A DNA stretch of 64,000 nt from Chloroflexota bacterium (lineage in GTDB: Bacteria; Chloroflexota; Dehalococcoidia; GIF9; JBFMDU01): positions 64,811-128,810 of the forward strand of contig JBFMDU010000016.1 of the NCBI GenBank assembly GCA_040753815.1. Reading direction: 5' to 3'. Position 1 is the stretch's first letter; every line of letters begins with the position of its first letter. The position numbers and the translations under genes are program-made. The notes under the pieces are model-generated. The model had not been told where the DNA came from. It saw only the letters and a program-made list of their open reading frames with translations, and made no database searches. Positions 61,273 to 64,000 of this stretch are shown piece after piece.

Positions 61273-63228
61273 TTACACTGCCATCCCCGCCAGGAACCCT
61301 TCCTCGACCGCGTCTTTGACCTTACGGGGCTTGACGCAGTCGCCGACGACTTTCAGCAACGGCACCTTGCCCTCCAGTTGTTGTGCCAGTGAATTACGCG
61401 GCTTCATCCCGGTGGCTATGACCACGGTATCGGCCTCGAAGAAAATTGTCCGCTGGCCGTTAATGCCAGTCCAGGCGCCTCTTTCGATTATTTCAACCAC
61501 CGGTGACAGCGGCTCCAGCTTAACACCGGCCTCGATAAGCCGGTCAATTAAAAGCCAGCGGTTGTGCTCACCAACGTCCTCGCCGACCACCGGAAGAGCT
61601 TCGAGGACCGTCACTTTCCTGCCCGTGACTGCCAGAAACTCAGCCGTTTCCAGCCCGACACTGCCGCCGCCAACTACGACCACGCGGTTTCCCGCCTTGC
61701 GGCTTCCATCCAGGATTTCCAGCGCACCCACCACGTTGCCGCCCTTCGCGCCAGGTATTCCCGGTACCAGCGGCACGGCGCCGGTGGCGACAATGACGGC
61801 ATCCGGCCGCTCTTTCACAACATCATCGGCACCGGCATCATATCCAGTCCTGACCTGAACCCCCAGAGTGGCCATTTGCGAAGTGAGGTACTTCAGGAAA
61901 CCAAGCCACTCATCCTTGTAAGGCGGGCGAGCGGCGTAATGGAGTTGGCCGCCAGGCCGGACCGAACGCTCAAACAGGACAACCCGATGCCCCCTTCCAG
62001 CCGCGGTTACCGCCACCTGCATGCCGGCCGGGCCGCCGCCGATGACAACAACTTTCTTCTTACCGTGCGCTGGTTTAATGACCGTCTTGCTCTCGCAGCC
62101 AAGAAGCGGGTTGACGGAGCACTGGAGCAGAACGCCCCGGGGCAAACACTCATAACAGTAACAGCACCGGGTGCAGGTGCGAATTTCGTCGAGTCGTCCG
62201 CTTTTTGCCTTCACCGGCAATTCCGGGTCGGCCAGAAGCGGCCGGCCCATGGTGACCATGTCGGCCTTACCCGAAGCGATGATGCTCTCGGCCAGTACCG
62301 GGTCAGTGATATTGTTACCAGCGGCAACGGGTATCCCGACCGCCTCCTTGAACCCGGCGGCGAGATGGACAAACCGGTCATGGGGTACGCACATCTGGGT
62401 CCGGGCGGCACGCGTTTCGTGCCAGCCGGGCAAGATAGTGATGGCATCAGCGCCGGCCTTCTCGAGCAGGACTGCCACCTGCTTCCAGTACTCGGTCCCC
62501 TCGCCCCATGGCAGCATGTCATCACCACACAGCCGGCAGATTACCGGGAAGCTCTTACCCAGCTTGTTCTTAATTCCGTCCACGATCTCGCAGGCGAACC
62601 GGACACGGTTCTCAATACTACCGCCGTACTCATCAGTGCGACGGTTGGTAAAGGGGTTGATGAAGCGGTTGACCAGGTTGCCGCCGACTATCTGGACTTC
62701 AATAGCGTCAAAACCGGCCTGGCGTGCTCGCTCTGCGGCGCAGATGACCTGCGCCTGAATCAGGTGAATCTCGTCAACCGCCAGCGCCCGCACCTTTGGT
62801 AAAAAGTCGGCCGTCATGTAGCGCGGGTGCAGGCCGTCTCTGGGTATTTCGACCTCGGATGGCCCGATATCTTCCGGAGTTGTGCCTTCACCGCTTTTGG
62901 CCCAGAAGTCGTAAGTGGCTAACTGCGCCGCCGCTTTAGCTCCGCCTTCATGAATGGCCTCGGTGACCTTCTCCAAGCGCGGAATCTGCCAGTCACTGTT
63001 CAAGCTGGCGGTCATCGGATGTTGCTGGCGGCGGCTGGGATAGATGGACTGAAGAGCGCCGACAATTATCAAGCCAACCCCACCACGCGCCCTCACTGCG
63101 TAAAACGCCCGCCACTGAGCCTCATCATCAAGCTCATACCTTGTGGTAATGGCCGGCATGATGATGCGGTTAGAAAGCTCCAGCGTACCCAGCTTAATCG
63201 GTTCAAATAATCTCTGGAGAACGGTCAT
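61273..63228 (-). CDS. Old-yellow-enzyme/2,4-dienoyl-CoA reductase-like NADH:flavin oxidoreductase with C-terminal FAD/NAD(P) domain
   Basis: 651 aa. N-terminal LFEPIKLGTLELSNRIIMPAITT (OYE TIM barrel), a Cys cluster CTRCCYCYEC, and then a VVVIGGGPAGM Rossmann domain. Confidence 0.85.
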   Translation of the reverse strand: MTVLQRLFEPIKLGTLELSNRIIMPAITTRYELDDEAQWRAFYAVRARGGVGLIIVGALQSIYPSRRQQHPMTASLNSDWQIPRLEKVTEAIHEGGAKAAAQLATYDFWAKSGEGTTPEDIGPSEVEIPRDGLHPRYMTADFLPKVRALAVDEIHLIQAQVICAAERARQAGFDAIEVQIVGGNLVNRFINPFTNRRTDEYGGSIENRVRFACEIVDGIKNKLGKSFPVICRLCGDDMLPWGEGTEYWKQVAVLLEKAGADAITILPGWHETRAARTQMCVPHDRFVHLAAGFKEAVGIPVAAGNNITDPVLAESIIASGKADMVTMGRPLLADPELPVKAKSGRLDEIRTCTRCCYCYECLPRGVLLQCSVNPLLGCESKTVIKPAHGKKKVVVIGGGPAGMQVAVTAAGRGHRVVLFERSVRPGGQLHYAARPPYKDEWLGFLKYLTSQMATLGVQVRTGYDAGADDVVKERPDAVIVATGAVPLVPGIPGAKGGNVVGALEILDGSRKAGNRVVVVGGGSVGLETAEFLAVTGRKVTVLEALPVVGEDVGEHNRWLLIDRLIEAGVKLEPLSPVVEIIERGAWTGINGQRTIFFEADTVVIATGMKPRNSLAQQLEGKVPLLKVVGDCVKPRKVKDAVEEGFLAGMAV

Positions 63229-63381
63229 TACAGTACCTCTGCTAAGCGGCTTGTAATTGCACCCGATGGGCCACCATTATAGAATAATTCACTACAATAA
63301 TCGCCGATTACCTTTAGCGGGCCTGAGATCGGACATTCTCTGGCTTTAAGACAACGAACACCAGAGGTTAAATAGCATACT

Positions 63382-64000
63382 TTGAGCAGGACAACCCACA
63401 CAAACATAATACCGACCAGTGACTGCCACGACTGCGGCGGACGGTGCGTCCTTAACATGCATATCGAAGCCGGGCGAATAAAGCGTATCGAGACCGATAG
63501 CAGCCGATTGCCGCAGTACCGGGCATGCGCTAAAGGCCGTGCTTACCGGCAGATGGTTTACGCGCCGGAGCGCCTCAAGTATCCGATGAAACGCGCTGGC
63601 AAACGCGGTTCCGGTCAGTTCACCCGCATCTCCTGGGATGAAGCGCTGGATACTTTGGCCGGCGAAATCAAACGTGTTCGGGAGAGGTACGGCCCGGCTT
63701 CTGTTCTCTTCCTCCAGGGCAGTGGCAGCCTTGGTGCAATCAACGGTGGAGGTGAACCTGTCCGCCACGTTTTGGTGAAATCAGGAGGCTGTACCACCCG
63801 CTGGGGAAGCCCCTCGGCAGAAGGCTCGCGCTTCGCCTCACGGGCGACTTATGGGACCCTGGCCACCGCTCATTCCCGGGATGATATTCTCAACTCCCGG
63901 CTCATCCTGATGTGGGGATGGAACCCGGCGGTGTCTTTACATGGTGTCAACACCAAAGTCTACCTGGCGCGCGCTAAAGAGGCCGGGGCAAGAATAATCT
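63382..64000 (+). CDS. Molybdopterin (bis-MGD) oxidoreductase catalytic subunit, 5' part (runs off window)
   Basis: Not in the ORF track because it has no stop in the window. From the TTG at 63382 it reads (M)SRTTHTNIIPTSDCHDCGGRCVLNMHIEAGRIKRIETD...ISWDEALDTLAGEIKRVRERYGP...LILMWGWNP. That is the N-terminal Cys-cluster and MopB domain signature of the DMSO-reductase family. Confidence 0.8.
   Translation, partial: MSRTTHTNIIPTSDCHDCGGRCVLNMHIEAGRIKRIETDSSRLPQYRACAKGRAYRQMVYAPERLKYPMKRAGKRGSGQFTRISWDEALDTLAGEIKRVRERYGPASVLFLQGSGSLGAINGGGEPVRHVLVKSGGCTTRWGSPSAEGSRFASRATYGTLATAHSRDDILNSRLILMWGWNPAVSLHGVNTKVYLARAKEAGARII

Noticed and set aside
61564-62802. 412-aa plus-strand ORF (and 62171-62758)
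   Set aside because: It is antisense to the OYE/FadH-like reductase, which has clear flavin and Rossmann motifs. The translation is Arg/Pro/Gly-rich shadow sequence.
1-64000. Search for integrase, transposase, reverse transcriptase, Cas, or rRNA genes to explain the accessory segments
   Set aside because: No ORF in the six-frame track shows the corresponding motifs (tyrosine recombinase R..H..R..Y box, DDE, YxDD). The islands appear to be old and immobilised, or their mobility genes lie outside the window.

Overview
This is a 64-kb stretch of a GC-rich bacterial chromosome, roughly 58-60% GC by eye. The gene content suggests an anaerobe: selenocysteine machinery, tungsten-type aldehyde:ferredoxin oxidoreductase, HdrD-like Fe-S proteins and a TAXI-TRAP transporter. 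Gene content and repeat style resemble Chloroflexota/Dehalococcoidia genomes, but the taxon cannot be proven from sequence alone.

**Left end (0-14.2 kb).** fdhE-tatA-tatB-tatC is followed by a nearly complete selenium-utilisation locus. It holds yedE, a DUF3343 protein, a YjeF_C-like kinase-fold protein, a tusA/yedF-like gene, tRNA-Sec, selB and selA. Its selD carries an in-frame UGA (Sec) codon with a hairpin just downstream. The locus is interrupted by serC, hicBA, an orphan mazE, a decayed copy of the 3' two-thirds of tRNA-Sec, and a low-GC two-gene insert.

**Middle (20.4-41.1 kb).** This is an enzyme-rich locus and my top candidate for an undescribed system.
- It has two MarR regulators and two paralogous FAD oxidoreductases.
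- It has a CN-hydrolase amidase, an MFS transporter, a CbiK-like chelatase and a HemE-like URO-D protein.
- It has an HdrD/GlcF-like plus FAD-binding (GlcD-like) pair and one TAXI-TRAP transporter.
- It has four additional TAXI-type solute-receptor paralogues with no export signal, one of them fused to a flavodoxin-like domain.

**Right part (41-64 kb).**
- A small low-GC insert encodes a DUF429 protein, an RHH/coiled-coil/Zn-ribbon/TM protein and a small acidic protein.
- mutS2 is followed 20 nt later by an eRF1/Pelota/Vms1-like gene.
- An AOR gene is followed by tandem MoaD-like genes.
- A low-GC accessory island at 52.4-57.1 kb holds a truncated higB with higA, a duplicated MFS 3' end, a two-gene pair (degenerate Mrr-like protein plus AlbA_2/Zn-ribbon protein), and an MqsR toxin with an MqsA antitoxin fused to a DUF4065/Panacea domain.
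- Housekeeping genes follow: leuS, yggS, proC, an OYE/FadH-like reductase, and a partial molybdopterin oxidoreductase running off the window.

A REP-like palindromic repeat family occupies many intergenic regions. I saw no rRNA, CRISPR array, integrase, transposase or reverse transcriptase. All family assignments come from motif recognition by eye and need HMM or BLAST confirmation.
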